A stretch of 64,000 nt of DNA from NCBI GenBank assembly GCA_011364985.1, contig RDOC01000007.1, positions 1,495 through 65,494 of the forward strand. The letters run 5' to 3'. The translations under genes and the position numbers were made by a program. Positions 7,431 to 17,906 of the stretch are shown here, piece by piece. The notes under the pieces are model-generated. The model had not been told where the DNA came from. It ran no database searches and saw nothing but the letters and a program-made list of their open reading frames with translations. This DNA comes from Candidatus Thorarchaeota archaeon. Its GTDB lineage: Archaea > Asgardarchaeota > Thorarchaeia > Thorarchaeales > Thorarchaeaceae. The first letter of the stretch is position 1; every line of letters begins with the position of its first letter.

Positions 7431-9074
7431 CTAGTTGTCTATTCTGGAGATCTTCAGTGCTCCGGCAAGAAGGACCAAGGGTCCGACAACCAAAATGGGT
7501 GCGATGGCAACGAGCATTCCAAGAATGACATTCTTGAAGAAGATGTCAGTTCTAAATTCGATTACAAAACCGAGTATAATTGCAAACAGGGATATAACTA
7601 GTGTAGCAATGGTATTTGTGTGGAATGCTGAGCTCTTTATGTCTTCGTATGCTGGGTTCATGGCTGTGAGCCCAATTCCAATGAGTATTGTGTTGCATAG
7701 AACGAGATATGCATGTAATACCATAATACCGCCATCAACAATGGGCAGCGAGAGGACCATAGCAAGAATGAGAGCAGGACTTATTGCCATCGGGATTGCA
7801 AAGAAGAACGCACCAATGATTCTGGCTGCTAAGAATCTTGATATTCCTCGGGGTGCACACTTGATAATCCAAAGATGATCCTTTGATTCCAGGAAACCAA
7901 CTCCCCCAAATGTTACTCCTCCTGTAATTCCAAGTATCATACCAACGAAAAATGATGTGTACATGAGTATCTGAATTGGGTCCTGAATGCTCGTGAGACC
8001 TGAGTAGCTTCCCATAACCGGCACTATAATTGACAGAGATGTGCCATAGATTATTTTCGAAGTGTTCTGCGCCTTTCTGCCAAAGTCTTTCAGCATCGTG
8101 ACAATAAGGGCTCCGAGAGAACCCGGCGCGGCCCGCCTGATTGCACGAAGAACTAAATTCTCTTCTCCTACCGTGGTGACTGTTTCTGTTCGAACTCCTG
8201 CCTCAAAGCTGAAAATCCTATCTGGAGTCACTACTCCAAGAATCAAGACCACCGCGGCAAAAAGGCCGATCAAAACGAGGTCTGACTCAATCCCAAGTTC
8301 AAGAATCCCCTCAAAAACAGTAACAGCCTCAGATGGCAGATTTACTCCATTGAAATAGATGGTTATCCACGTAATTGAATCTGCTGCCCATGTAGATGGC
8401 AACAACAGGAAGCCATTGAGTCCCAATAGCTGAGCAAACGTTTCTGCGAAGTACAAGAGGCCATAGAGGGGTAATAAGAATACAAGTACAATAATGATGC
8501 CCATTGCTTTTGCAATATCATTTCCACGTGGAGAATCTCCAAGTCTTGCCTGAATTGCAGTACTGATGACGGTTGAGAGTAAGAGCGTGGTCAGAACAAA
8601 GACTGCAATGATCACGTAGGCAGTTATTTGTCCAAGGATGGATACTTCATAGAAGATAATGAATGGTGAAATCAAAAGGGGCGCCATAAAGAGGACGAGC
8701 AGGCTGTAAGATGGAATCTTTGCTAGGAATATCCCGAATAGCATGTCACGGGTTCTTACGTTGTTGCTTAGTATAATCTCCCACTGACCTATTCTTACCT
8801 CTTGCAGAGAATAGGAGATCGGATAAATCAGCACCATAGTCCATAAGATAAGAATGACAGCTCTCATTACTCCGGGATAGGTCGCTTGCAGGACTTGTTG
8901 AATTTGGGTTGAGAATAAGTCTAGAAATCCACTCATTATCCGAGGTGCTATGAAGAAAGCCCATGCTAGCCCAATTATGAATAATAGTAGCAAAACATGC
9001 AATCTTTTCTTTCTGAACCTCGCGGTTGTGACACGGAACTCAGTTTTCGCAATAATAGCCCAAGCCCTTACCAT
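7431..9074 (-). CDS. Large polytopic membrane protein (possibly ABC-2-like permease, two membrane halves separated by a soluble loop)
   Basis: 547 aa, many hydrophobic segments, central soluble region. No adjacent ATPase. Confidence 0.45.
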   Translation of the reverse strand: MVRAWAIIAKTEFRVTTARFRKKRLHVLLLLFIIGLAWAFFIAPRIMSGFLDLFSTQIQQVLQATYPGVMRAVILILWTMVLIYPISYSLQEVRIGQWEIILSNNVRTRDMLFGIFLAKIPSYSLLVLFMAPLLISPFIIFYEVSILGQITAYVIIAVFVLTTLLLSTVISTAIQARLGDSPRGNDIAKAMGIIIVLVFLLPLYGLLYFAETFAQLLGLNGFLLLPSTWAADSITWITIYFNGVNLPSEAVTVFEGILELGIESDLVLIGLFAAVVLILGVVTPDRIFSFEAGVRTETVTTVGEENLVLRAIRRAAPGSLGALIVTMLKDFGRKAQNTSKIIYGTSLSIIVPVMGSYSGLTSIQDPIQILMYTSFFVGMILGITGGVTFGGVGFLESKDHLWIIKCAPRGISRFLAARIIGAFFFAIPMAISPALILAMVLSLPIVDGGIMVLHAYLVLCNTILIGIGLTAMNPAYEDIKSSAFHTNTIATLVISLFAIILGFVIEFRTDIFFKNVILGMLVAIAPILVVGPLVLLAGALKISRIDN

Positions 9075-9413
9075 ACACTTCCCTCCGTTGTAGGGAGCTC
9101 AATTCCACAATCTTTCCGCATGTTCCTCACTCAAGCCTAAATCAGAATTCTGTTCACTGCCAGCCATTTACTGCATGCATTTCAGGTATGCTGCTAATGG
9201 ACTTTTCTTTTCTATGAAACTCAGTAGACTTTTCATATCCTGCACGTTTGCCATCGAATCCCAATATTTGTAATGGACGTATACGAAGATCGAGCTCCTA
9301 CGCAGTCACAACATAGATGCCTGTATTCAAAGCTCAAATGAATAAGGAGCATTCCTACTACGAGTACCGATTTGAATAGTTTCCCTTAAATTGACGATGC
9401 CATCCTTACCAGA

Positions 9414-10415
9414 ATGGTCTTATTATTCATGACAGCGATAATCGATGGGGTCGTGCGAATCGAGATACCCACTCCATTTCCGGTAGGCAGTGTTAATTGC
9501 TATCTAATAGAAGGCACTCCACTCACTCTGATTGACACTGGTCCGAGAACCTCCCGCAGTCTAGCAACGATAACACAAGAGATGAGAAACATCCAATATG
9601 ATTTGTCAGATATTGAACAAATACTCCTGACGCACAACCATATTGACCACATTGGGCTTACAGCAGAATTTGTGAGAGAACGCAAACGAGTTCATGACGA
9701 TTCATCAATGGTATGGATTCATCAAAGTGATGCTGACGCATTGGTCGATTATGATCGCTACATGGAACTTTATGCCAAGTCAATTACTCAGCTCATTGCA
9801 GCATGTGGTATCCCCACGGACGAGGTACCAATAGTCATGCTAGAAGATTACATTGAGCACTTCAAGTCCTTTGGGGAGCCGGTTCTGACAGCTCAAGGCT
9901 TCGAGGATGGAACCTCTTTCAAAACAGGCATCGGCGAACTCACTGCTCTTTGGGTTCCAGGTCACTCACCAGGTTCAACATGCTTCGTTTGTGATGAGAA
10001 ACAGGTTGTCTTTAGTGGAGATCACATCTTGGGAGATATCAGTTCAAACCCAAGCATATCGTTTGACAGCTCTGAAAGGATAGGCATGATAACCTACCTC
10101 GAGTCTTTGAGCCGCATATCATCGAAAGAGAACTATATTGCGTTGCCCGGACATAGAGAACCGATTTTTGACATAGAATCGAGAGTCGAAACACTGCGCG
10201 CTGAATATGATAGTAAACTCCAGAAGGCTGCTGATGCACTTACATCTACTCCTCAGACAATCTATAGAATATCAAGGGCTGTCTATGGAGAATATGATGC
10301 GAATTCACTTGCCCTAGCCTTGGCTGAGAGTCGTGATCTGCTTAGTATCCTTGAGAGCAGAAATCAGGCCGAGTTGATTAATCAGAATGGGCTTGTCTAC
10401 GCGGTGAAACATTGA
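9414..10415 (+). CDS. MBL-fold metallo-hydrolase
   Basis: THNHIDHIG (HxHxDH) motif, plus downstream His and Asp residues typical of the beta-lactamase fold. Confidence 0.8.
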   Translation: MVLLFMTAIIDGVVRIEIPTPFPVGSVNCYLIEGTPLTLIDTGPRTSRSLATITQEMRNIQYDLSDIEQILLTHNHIDHIGLTAEFVRERKRVHDDSSMVWIHQSDADALVDYDRYMELYAKSITQLIAACGIPTDEVPIVMLEDYIEHFKSFGEPVLTAQGFEDGTSFKTGIGELTALWVPGHSPGSTCFVCDEKQVVFSGDHILGDISSNPSISFDSSERIGMITYLESLSRISSKENYIALPGHREPIFDIESRVETLRAEYDSKLQKAADALTSTPQTIYRISRAVYGEYDANSLALALAESRDLLSILESRNQAELINQNGLVYAVKH

Positions 10416-10456
10416 CGATTGAGATGTCCCAAGAACTCCCAATTGTGATCAACACC

Positions 10457-11296
10457 TCATTCTTGGATTTGATTGCTTTCTTGCTGAATCAGCTCGCATA
10501 CAATTTTCCAGAAGACAGGAGGATTCTCAGTATGAAGTCCATGTCCAGCTTCAGGTATGAAGAGAAGTGGAAGATTTGCCTTTCTTACAAGAGATTCAGA
10601 GGAAAACACTCCTTTGTTCTTCTCTCCGAAGATGAAATACATTGAGATACCTTGATGCGCTAGCAGTCTGCCGAGAAGGTCACCTTTCATAGAAATCGGA
10701 GCCAAACTCTTGGACGATGCCCATATGGTGAATGGTCCCGCTTTGCGAAACGCTGTCACGAAATTGAGCATGGGCTCTTCCTTGGAATCGCCAAGTATCT
10801 TATCACACCAAGAATCGAATTGGCCTTCAAATTCCGAGAATGTCATCTTCGCAATTTGTGATGAAAAGAAGGCATCGCCAGCGTCAAGATTTCCTTCTAG
10901 ATAGAACAATAGACTGGGTCTGGCTTTCAGCGTTTCCTGATGAGCCAGAAGTTCAATCAAGGAAGCTGCAATTGCTCCTCCCATGGAATGGGCTAGAATG
11001 GAGAGGCGCTTTATGTCTTCCTTCTCTAATATAGCTGCTAAGTAGTCTGCTTGCTGGTCCATAGTATATGCCTCAGCTTCATCACTCTTCGTTGAGTCCC
11101 CATGACCCAACAGGTCTGGAACAATCCACGAGAATCTGTCCAAGGCATAGGTGCTGAAGTGCTTTGGGAACCACTTGCGATTGTCTCCCAATCCATGAAC
11201 ATAGAGATTGACCATTGTCTGGTCCGGGTTTCGATAAACATGGTATACTATAGTCCCGTTGTCTGTTACCAAACGCTTTGTTTCTAAGGCGGCCAT
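10457..11296 (-). CDS. Alpha/beta hydrolase fold protein
   Basis: HGLGDN oxyanion region and GxSxG nucleophile elbow (AHSMGG). Confidence 0.75.
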   Translation of the reverse strand: MAALETKRLVTDNGTIVYHVYRNPDQTMVNLYVHGLGDNRKWFPKHFSTYALDRFSWIVPDLLGHGDSTKSDEAEAYTMDQQADYLAAILEKEDIKRLSILAHSMGGAIAASLIELLAHQETLKARPSLLFYLEGNLDAGDAFFSSQIAKMTFSEFEGQFDSWCDKILGDSKEEPMLNFVTAFRKAGPFTIWASSKSLAPISMKGDLLGRLLAHQGISMYFIFGEKNKGVFSSESLVRKANLPLLFIPEAGHGLHTENPPVFWKIVCELIQQESNQIQE

Positions 11297-11453
11297 TGTC
11301 TAGGTCACAGTCCTTTTCCCAGTAGTTCTTTTCCTTTGCTCATGTGGTCAGCAATCCCTATTATCTTTCTCTTTGATTGTATCTTGGGTTCATTGCACAC
11401 TCACGATTGGTTTCAAGCCAATGGCTAACCAAAGCGCTCGAAGGTCTTGCATC

Positions 11454-12215
11454 CTAGAACTCATGCCTACGGAATCGCCAGATTGCAAGCAACATTAGTA
11501 CAGCTAGCACAAGCAGTGATGTGACCACTGGGGTGATTGAATAGATGTCTTCTCCGACCAAGCTAAGCGATACTTGTAAAAGGCCCCAAGGGCCGAATTG
11601 ACCAAGATCTGGATGTTGACCAAGGTTGATTCCTATGAAGATGAATAGAAACGGTACAGCCATGACCGGACCTGGATCATCAAAGAACGTTCCCGCACAC
11701 AGTGTCAAAAAAACGAGGAACATCTGCCAGAGTGCCATTGGCACCAGAGAGAGAAGATAAATCAGGAAATTCGGTGGGAGGCCAAGTAGAAGGGTTTCTA
11801 GGTAGACAGCGAGCCCCGGAAACAATACCATTGAGAACGAAACACCCAGAGAAAGCCCCAAGAACTTAGGGATTATGAATGCCTCTCTCGATACTGGTTT
11901 TGAGAGTACCCATGCCGCGGATCCCGACCGTTTCTCCTCAAGAATCGTTTCATGCGAGATGATTATGGTGGCAATTGATGGAAAAATCGTAGCCATCATA
12001 TAGAATATGGCCAGACCTGTGTCTGGATCAGAGATTCCCACAGAGCCAAACATTCCCAGTATAAGGCTCCATAGTAGGCCTTGCTGCCACCAGAACGGAG
12101 AACCAAACCATGCCTTTAGTTCCTTCTTCATCAGAACAGTGAATCCCATTCTCCATCCTCTCTCTGTGGTTGGCTCGAATGAATCTTTAGCAATCATTGC
12201 TATGGTCCTCCACAA
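11454..12215 (-). CDS. ABC-2 family transporter permease
   Basis: 253 aa polytopic. Immediately downstream of the ABC ATPase, overlapping it by 29 nt. Confidence 0.6.
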   Translation of the reverse strand: MWRTIAMIAKDSFEPTTERGWRMGFTVLMKKELKAWFGSPFWWQQGLLWSLILGMFGSVGISDPDTGLAIFYMMATIFPSIATIIISHETILEEKRSGSAAWVLSKPVSREAFIIPKFLGLSLGVSFSMVLFPGLAVYLETLLLGLPPNFLIYLLSLVPMALWQMFLVFLTLCAGTFFDDPGPVMAVPFLFIFIGINLGQHPDLGQFGPWGLLQVSLSLVGEDIYSITPVVTSLLVLAVLMLLAIWRFRRHEF

Positions 12216-13149
12216 GTTTCATGAAAATTTCTTCAAGCTCATACTGCTTGAGACCAAAGTCAAGAACATCAACCTCTTCATCGGCTAGCACCGTTCTGAG
12301 AAGTTGTTTTCTTGCCATAGAGTCATCATTGACGTCTACGACCCAATGAGTTCGGTTTCGTTCTTCTCTCTCCGAGATGCCCGTGACCCATGGTTCAGCT
12401 GAAAGTTTCTTGTAAGCCTCTTGAGTATCGCCCTCAAGTACGAGGATATAGGCCATTCCTTCGCTTCCCGCAAGGAGTTCTTCAATAGGGGCCTGAGCAA
12501 TTAGGTTACCCTTGTTCAAAATCGCCACTCTGTCACTCACTCGCTGTACATCGTCAAGGATGTGGGTGCTGTAGAATATGGTCGATTCCGACCGAAGGGA
12601 TTCCATTATCTTCAGCACTTTCTCTCGTCCTTCGGGGTCTAGTCCTGCAGCTGGCTCATCCAGAATCAGCAACTCGGGAAAATTGATCTGTGCCTGCGCA
12701 ATCCCCAACCGTTGCATCTCGCCGCCGGAAAATCCTTCGATTGGTCGGTCTGCCTTGTCCTCCAAGTCAACGATTCGCAGGAGATGCTCAATTCTTTCCT
12801 CAATCTTGTCCTCCGGTCCTTTAAAGAATAGGCGCGCAGCGAACCTCATGGTTTCACGGGCACTCAGCTCCTTGTAGAATCTGGGATGTTGCGCAAGATA
12901 TCCAATCCTTCTTCTGACCTCATCATTGTCACCAATCACACTTCGACCAAGGACGTTTGCACCACCGGCTGTAGGATGTGTGAGACCGAGCAGAAGTTTG
13001 ATGGTCGTTGTCTTCCCAGCTCCATTTGGCCCTAAGAAGGCGAAAATCGAATTCTTGGGAACCTTGAGATTCAGCTGGTTCAGTGCAAGTACATCACCAT
13101 ATCTCTTGGTTAAGTTGTCTGTTTCAATGACATACGCTTGGGAATGCAT
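12187..13149 (-). CDS. ABC transporter ATP-binding protein (with ~90 aa C-terminal extension)
   Basis: Walker A GPNGAGKTT, signature LSGGEMQRLGIAQA, Walker B LILDEP. Start probably M18 (MHSQAYVIE..); the track ORF extends to 13200. Confidence 0.9.
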   Translation of the reverse strand: MHSQAYVIETDNLTKRYGDVLALNQLNLKVPKNSIFAFLGPNGAGKTTTIKLLLGLTHPTAGGANVLGRSVIGDNDEVRRRIGYLAQHPRFYKELSARETMRFAARLFFKGPEDKIEERIEHLLRIVDLEDKADRPIEGFSGGEMQRLGIAQAQINFPELLILDEPAAGLDPEGREKVLKIMESLRSESTIFYSTHILDDVQRVSDRVAILNKGNLIAQAPIEELLAGSEGMAYILVLEGDTQEAYKKLSAEPWVTGISEREERNRTHWVVDVNDDSMARKQLLRTVLADEEVDVLDFGLKQYELEEIFMKLVEDHSNDC

Positions 13150-13460
13150 TGTCCGTTCTCCTAGTCTTCTATTGAGTTGGTCATCGACTCCATCACACAA
13201 TATAAATCAGCTGAGCAAGGATGAAGATATCAAGGCCCAGCCCCGTCAGATTATCCATGCAATTATTGCATCTTTACTCAAATCATGGGGCTTTGTAATT
13301 CATATGAGGAGTATAATAGGTGCTTTGTATGGAAGAAGAATTAAGTGGCGCCATTTATAGCATGAATTGATTATACATACTGCATTTTGAGCATCCCTTT
13401 GATGTAACAGCAAATGAATGGAAACTAACAGGTGCTGAGTTAGTCCGTTCAATCAGGCTG

Positions 13461-13649
13461 ATGATATCTACTGAATGTGAAGCGATTCGGTTCTATATGC
13501 AACCTGCAGAATCAACAGACAGCAAACTGGCAAAAGAGGTATTGGTTGACATTGCTGACAAAGAGCGAGTTCACGCTGGTGAATTTCTGAAACTTCTTTA
13601 TCATCTTGATCCGGAAGAGGAGAACTTCTACAAGGAATGGAAAAAGTAG
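13461..13649 (+). CDS. Small ferritin-like / rubrerythrin half-domain protein
   Basis: 62 aa. N-terminal E..FY and an ExxH (ERVH) motif, consistent with a half diiron-binding site. Confidence 0.35.
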   Translation: MISTECEAIRFYMQPAESTDSKLAKEVLVDIADKERVHAGEFLKLLYHLDPEEENFYKEWKK

Positions 13650-13749
13650 AAAAAATAATGGGACGAATTGGCATTAAGTAGACTCCACAATGGCGTGCTT
13701 AATCTTGGAAATGGAGTCCATTAGCTGAAAGCGATGACAATCCGCCTTT

Positions 13750-14439
13750 TCAGGGGTAGCCATATGGCCCATAAGGCATGAGTTCGAGTAGTCCTGGCGG
13801 GCTGACAGTTCCAAACAAAGACCATCCAATGACTAGTGTGAAACCGAACAATACTAAGGGGATGAGTGCCCTATTCCATGATAGACCATACAGATAATGA
13901 GCGGTTGCACTGAATTGTAGGAACCCTGTCCATAGGAGTCCTATGGCTGCTGAAAAGGGCAAAAACCCGAAGAGAAGCGAAGGCAGGTCTCCATAACATA
14001 CTCCTGCTACAGCATGTCCATACTGGCCCTGTCCACCAAGTACATACTTGTACGCCATGTGTAGGAAGAGCGCAAAGAAGAGCGCAGTGACAATTGTGTC
14101 AAGATACACTACTGGAATACACAGGAGCCAAGAGATTACGATGCTTCCCGTGTAGGAATAGAACAACGGGTACCAATCCTTGTGAATGGACAGAAATACT
14201 TGATTTCCATAATGAAAATCCAGTATAGGAGTGGCACAGATTCCCAGAATCCAATCGTTAAGGGCAATCCAGATTGGAATGGTCGCGGAATAAATGACTA
14301 GGAATGTTGCTAGAAATAGAACTGGGCGTCTAGTAAATCTACCAGTCAGCTCATCCTCCTGTTGAGACACAAGACTCTGGAAGAATCCCGTAGGATTCAA
14401 GACAATTGCTTTAGCATCTGACATAGCAGTATTTGGCAT
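13750..14439 (-). CDS. Hypothetical polytopic membrane protein
   Basis: 229 aa, multiple hydrophobic helices. Confidence 0.45.
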   Translation of the reverse strand: MPNTAMSDAKAIVLNPTGFFQSLVSQQEDELTGRFTRRPVLFLATFLVIYSATIPIWIALNDWILGICATPILDFHYGNQVFLSIHKDWYPLFYSYTGSIVISWLLCIPVVYLDTIVTALFFALFLHMAYKYVLGGQGQYGHAVAGVCYGDLPSLLFGFLPFSAAIGLLWTGFLQFSATAHYLYGLSWNRALIPLVLFGFTLVIGWSLFGTVSPPGLLELMPYGPYGYP

Positions 14440-14520
14440 ATTAATTCACCTATTTTGCAATATCTTGCAAATTGCGCCGTAGCGCAAAAGTAAATATGAT
14501 TATCGTTCATAGCAAACAAC

Positions 14521-15000
14521 ATGCCTTCTGAACCAGAGAAGAAGTTGCAAACAATCCTAGCGAATATTGCTGCAGCCCGAGGTTTCAACGCAGTTGAAGG
14601 TTCGATACTAGGAACATTGCTGTTGCATTCTCAACCAAGAACTCAACGCGACATTGCAGCAGCAGTCGGGCGCAGCCAATCCACAATCTCAAGAGCCCTA
14701 CGTCGTCTCATTGATAGAGGAGTTATTGAATGGAGGCGAAAACCCGGGTCGAGAGAGATGCTCTTCTCACTCGTGAGCGAAAGCCCAAAGGGACTAATCC
14801 TATCAGGACTGCTAAAATGGCTAAATACGAATTCAGTCCTCAGAGATGTTCTGGAGGCACTCATTGATGAAATGCCTGCTGGATCGGACACCAAGGTGGA
14901 ATCTGTGGCAAGAGATCTGATTGGCACAATCGACTATGTTGGTCAAGTTCTAAAACCAGCACTCAACACCTTGAAGCTCGCGCAATCGCTTTCGGAATGA
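14521..15000 (+). CDS. MarR-like winged-helix transcriptional regulator
   Basis: TQRDIAAAVGRSQSTISRALRRLIDRGVIEW matches the helix-turn-helix plus wing pattern. Confidence 0.6.
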   Translation: MPSEPEKKLQTILANIAAARGFNAVEGSILGTLLLHSQPRTQRDIAAAVGRSQSTISRALRRLIDRGVIEWRRKPGSREMLFSLVSESPKGLILSGLLKWLNTNSVLRDVLEALIDEMPAGSDTKVESVARDLIGTIDYVGQVLKPALNTLKLAQSLSE

Positions 15001-15047
15001 AAAGATGTCCGGATAGCTCTGTTTTCCTTTCACCTTGATTTCATCGT

Positions 15048-15608
15048 CTATTCAAGTGCTTCTATAGCCTCTTCGGTTGTTAACAGAGTGGTGCCGTGTA
15101 CGCTCCTCATATGTTCTAGGGCAAAGAGATGGTTCTCTTCAGATGTGCTTGCTGTTGCATCTGTAATTACAATTACATTGTAGCCCCTTGCAGATGCGTC
15201 TGCTGATGTGTACATGACACAGATGTCAGTGAGCACACCGACAAGAATCATAGTTACGATGCCTTTCTCTCTGAGGCGGAGGTCCAAGTCAGTTCCAAAG
15301 AAGCCTGAGTACCTTCTCTTTGGGATGACCTCACTACTCTGTTCTGGCTTTAACTCATCAACAATCTCCGATCCCCAAGTGCCTACTACTGCATGTGCCG
15401 GCCATTTTCCGAACTCGTCATCATCTGGCTCATGGTTGTCCGCGAGATACATCACTCTCAATCCCAAGTGACGAGCCATCTCAAGCAGTCTGGACTGATT
15501 GAACAGTAAGTCCGTTGCCTTAGGTACCACCAATCTCCCCTTCTCTCTCACAAAGTCATTCAACATATCCACTACAATGATGGCGGTCTTCTTAGGGTCC
15601 AGCTTCAC
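15048..15608 (-). CDS. pncA: Isochorismatase-family cysteine hydrolase, probable nicotinamidase
   Basis: TAIIVVDMLNDF start and a conserved Cys (DICV). Adjacent to, and with no gap from, the NAPRTase gene. Confidence 0.7.
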   Translation of the reverse strand: MKLDPKKTAIIVVDMLNDFVREKGRLVVPKATDLLFNQSRLLEMARHLGLRVMYLADNHEPDDDEFGKWPAHAVVGTWGSEIVDELKPEQSSEVIPKRRYSGFFGTDLDLRLREKGIVTMILVGVLTDICVMYTSADASARGYNVIVITDATASTSEENHLFALEHMRSVHGTTLLTTEEAIEALE

Positions 15609-16808
15609 TTATTCCTCCTCCATTATTGCCAACTGCGCAAGTATCTTCTCTCTCGTGTCTGCTGGCCGTTCTGGTTTGTATACCAGTCTACCATCTTCAA
15701 TAAGTGATACTGTCACAATCATGGTTTTCTTCTCGCAGCATGAGCATTTCGGCGCAGCGCTCCCATGCTCTATTGCACCTGTGTTTCCACAAATTGGACA
15801 TCGCCATACAATTTTGCGTCCAGAGAACTTTCCTCTCTTTGCAATCGGTTTCCATTTCCCATTCTCATTTAGCGCGACTATATCCATAGCAAAATCAATA
15901 GAAGGCGAATTACTTATCGCTCCTCCAACTCCGTATCCATCAACAGGGGCATTCTGCAATTCTTTGATCTTCTTCCTGTCAAGCCCTCCGCTGACATAGA
16001 TCTTGGTACTGCCGAATCCGCGGATATCTAGCTCCCATCGGACTTCCTCAGTAATTCTGCGAAAATTCCCTCGTCTGCTACTTGGAGTGTCAAGCCTCAC
16101 TCCTAAGAGGCCCTCTACATTTTCGGCTGCGTTCAGGGACTCGACCACCTCATCAAAATAGGTGTCAGCTATCGCAATCCTCGGAACGCCCTTCGGAATG
16201 TGTCTATCAAAGGCTTTCCATGCCTTGGTTTGGTTTCCAAAAGCGATGACCAATGCATGCGGCATTGTTCCAGATGGGGATATGTTAAGAAGCTCCGCTC
16301 CAAGAACGCATGAAATGCCATCACAACCACCGATGTATGCTGCGTATTCAACTTGCGGTGTGATTGCTGGATGGGTTCTTCTTGCTCCAAATGAGAGGAG
16401 AGTTCTATCTCCGGCTGCCTTTCTAATATATGCCGCCCGTGTTGCCATGCCTGATGTATGACAAATGAAGCCCAGCATCGGTGTTTCCAAGACAGCAAAC
16501 TCAGAGTAGGGGCCTTCTATTGATAGAACAGGTATCTTTACTCCATTCTTCCCATGCGGGAAGAATAAGGTCCCCTCTGATAGTCCATAAACGCTAACTC
16601 TCTTGTTTTCAAGGAGCTTAAGGGCGTCATTAACTCCGGCAACTACAGCCCAAGTAGTATCCTCGGGCATTCCTGAAACGGTGACTTCTGCGTGAACTAT
16701 TGGGTCAATGCCTTCCTCTTGAAGAACCTTCAGGGTGTTTTCGAAATAGGTGTCTGTTGTCTTGCCCGAGAGTATTTCTTCCTCTGAGGCAATACGCCAT
16801 GTTCTCAT
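15609..16808 (-). CDS. pncB: Nicotinate phosphoribosyltransferase (archaeal type) with C-terminal zinc ribbon
   Basis: GISCVLGAELLNISPSGTMPHALVIAFG region. C-terminal CPICGN..CSCC. Confidence 0.8.
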   Translation of the reverse strand: MRTWRIASEEEILSGKTTDTYFENTLKVLQEEGIDPIVHAEVTVSGMPEDTTWAVVAGVNDALKLLENKRVSVYGLSEGTLFFPHGKNGVKIPVLSIEGPYSEFAVLETPMLGFICHTSGMATRAAYIRKAAGDRTLLSFGARRTHPAITPQVEYAAYIGGCDGISCVLGAELLNISPSGTMPHALVIAFGNQTKAWKAFDRHIPKGVPRIAIADTYFDEVVESLNAAENVEGLLGVRLDTPSSRRGNFRRITEEVRWELDIRGFGSTKIYVSGGLDRKKIKELQNAPVDGYGVGGAISNSPSIDFAMDIVALNENGKWKPIAKRGKFSGRKIVWRCPICGNTGAIEHGSAAPKCSCCEKKTMIVTVSLIEDGRLVYKPERPADTREKILAQLAIMEEE

Positions 16809-16910
16809 TGTCCTTCCTCGTTTTCCACTCTTTCAGGCACGCTGTTAACTATATTGAATGTTCTTTATAAGATATGGGAATACACAAAGGCATCAAAGCA
16901 GATCTCAAGA

Positions 16911-17906
16911 CTAGCTAGATATCTGATAGCTTCTGTACCGGTTTTGGCATGGGTACCCAGAGGCGAGGTATATTTTGCCAGTTCCAAGCTCCGCAATCCA
17001 AGACCATATCGTGCCTCCTAGTGGGTCCTTGAGATGCTCGCAAATGCCATTTTCGTGGTCCCTACAGAAATCCTCCGCTTTGCCTAGTGATATTTTTCCT
17101 CGATGCTGATCAAACCAGTCATTGATTCTTCGATAGTAGACTCTTGAACGATCATCTCTGGGCATCTTATCAAAATGTCGAGTACCCTCCAACATGAAGA
17201 AATTGCAAACCGTATTTAGGCCATCTTGTGATTCGAAAGATGATACTCCTCTTGGCGTACATTCGACGCGTGCTGATATTCCTCTCGAATCTGCAACCAA
17301 AAAACCAATCGCCTCCGCATGAGGAATGTTTTCAAGATACTCCACAGCTTCTTCCGTTGTTGAGAAATTGTCCAGAATCCATCTCGTGGCGAAGCTATCT
17401 CTGAGACCTACACCCGTTTTTCCGTCATAGAATGGGACTGAGGCTGTACCAACCGTCAATCCGGCTTCATTAAAGCCATCATAGCAGCCAACATCTGAGA
17501 AATTGAAACCAATTGCAGTGTGTTTCCCAGTTGGCTTTGTTTCAAGCATTATGCCATATTGCAGATCTTCCTCGATCCAATCCATGTAACGAATGAAAAG
17601 AGAATAACCGGATTTCGTATGTTCTCCACTTACAAAGAAGAGGTTACACTCCAATGTCTTTTGAGGAACAAGATGCGTCGCTATCACCTACTCATAATCC
17701 ACATCAATTCCTTCGGCGAATCTCTTGAGTTCTTCCAGAAGACCTGGTGAATGACTTCCGACCTCTATTTCGCAGTTCCGGGCCCTTCTGAGCACGTCAT
17801 CTTTCGGCGCCGAGTATTCAATGACTCCCCTGATCGATTCTCCAAATCTCCTTCCAATTTCATAATATGTCCCAGTTAAGCGCAAGTGCTTCAATCTGAC
17901 AACCAT
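16911..17906 (-). pseudogene. Peptidase C45 / acyl-CoA:6-APA acyltransferase-like Ntn-hydrolase gene interrupted by an in-frame TAG (17688-17690)
   Basis: Track ORFs 17688..17906 and 16911..17687 are in the same frame. The TAG stop of the first abuts the ATG of the second. The N-terminal part ..YEIGRRFG.. and downstream ..KTLECNLFF.. (Cys nucleophile) together make one ~331 aa C45-like protein. Confidence 0.5.

Noticed and set aside
17688-17690. Genome-wide amber (TAG) reassignment, e.g. to pyrrolysine
   Set aside because: TAG terminates other confident genes in the window (for example 2046..3200). No pyl genes are seen here. A local nonsense mutation or error is more parsimonious.
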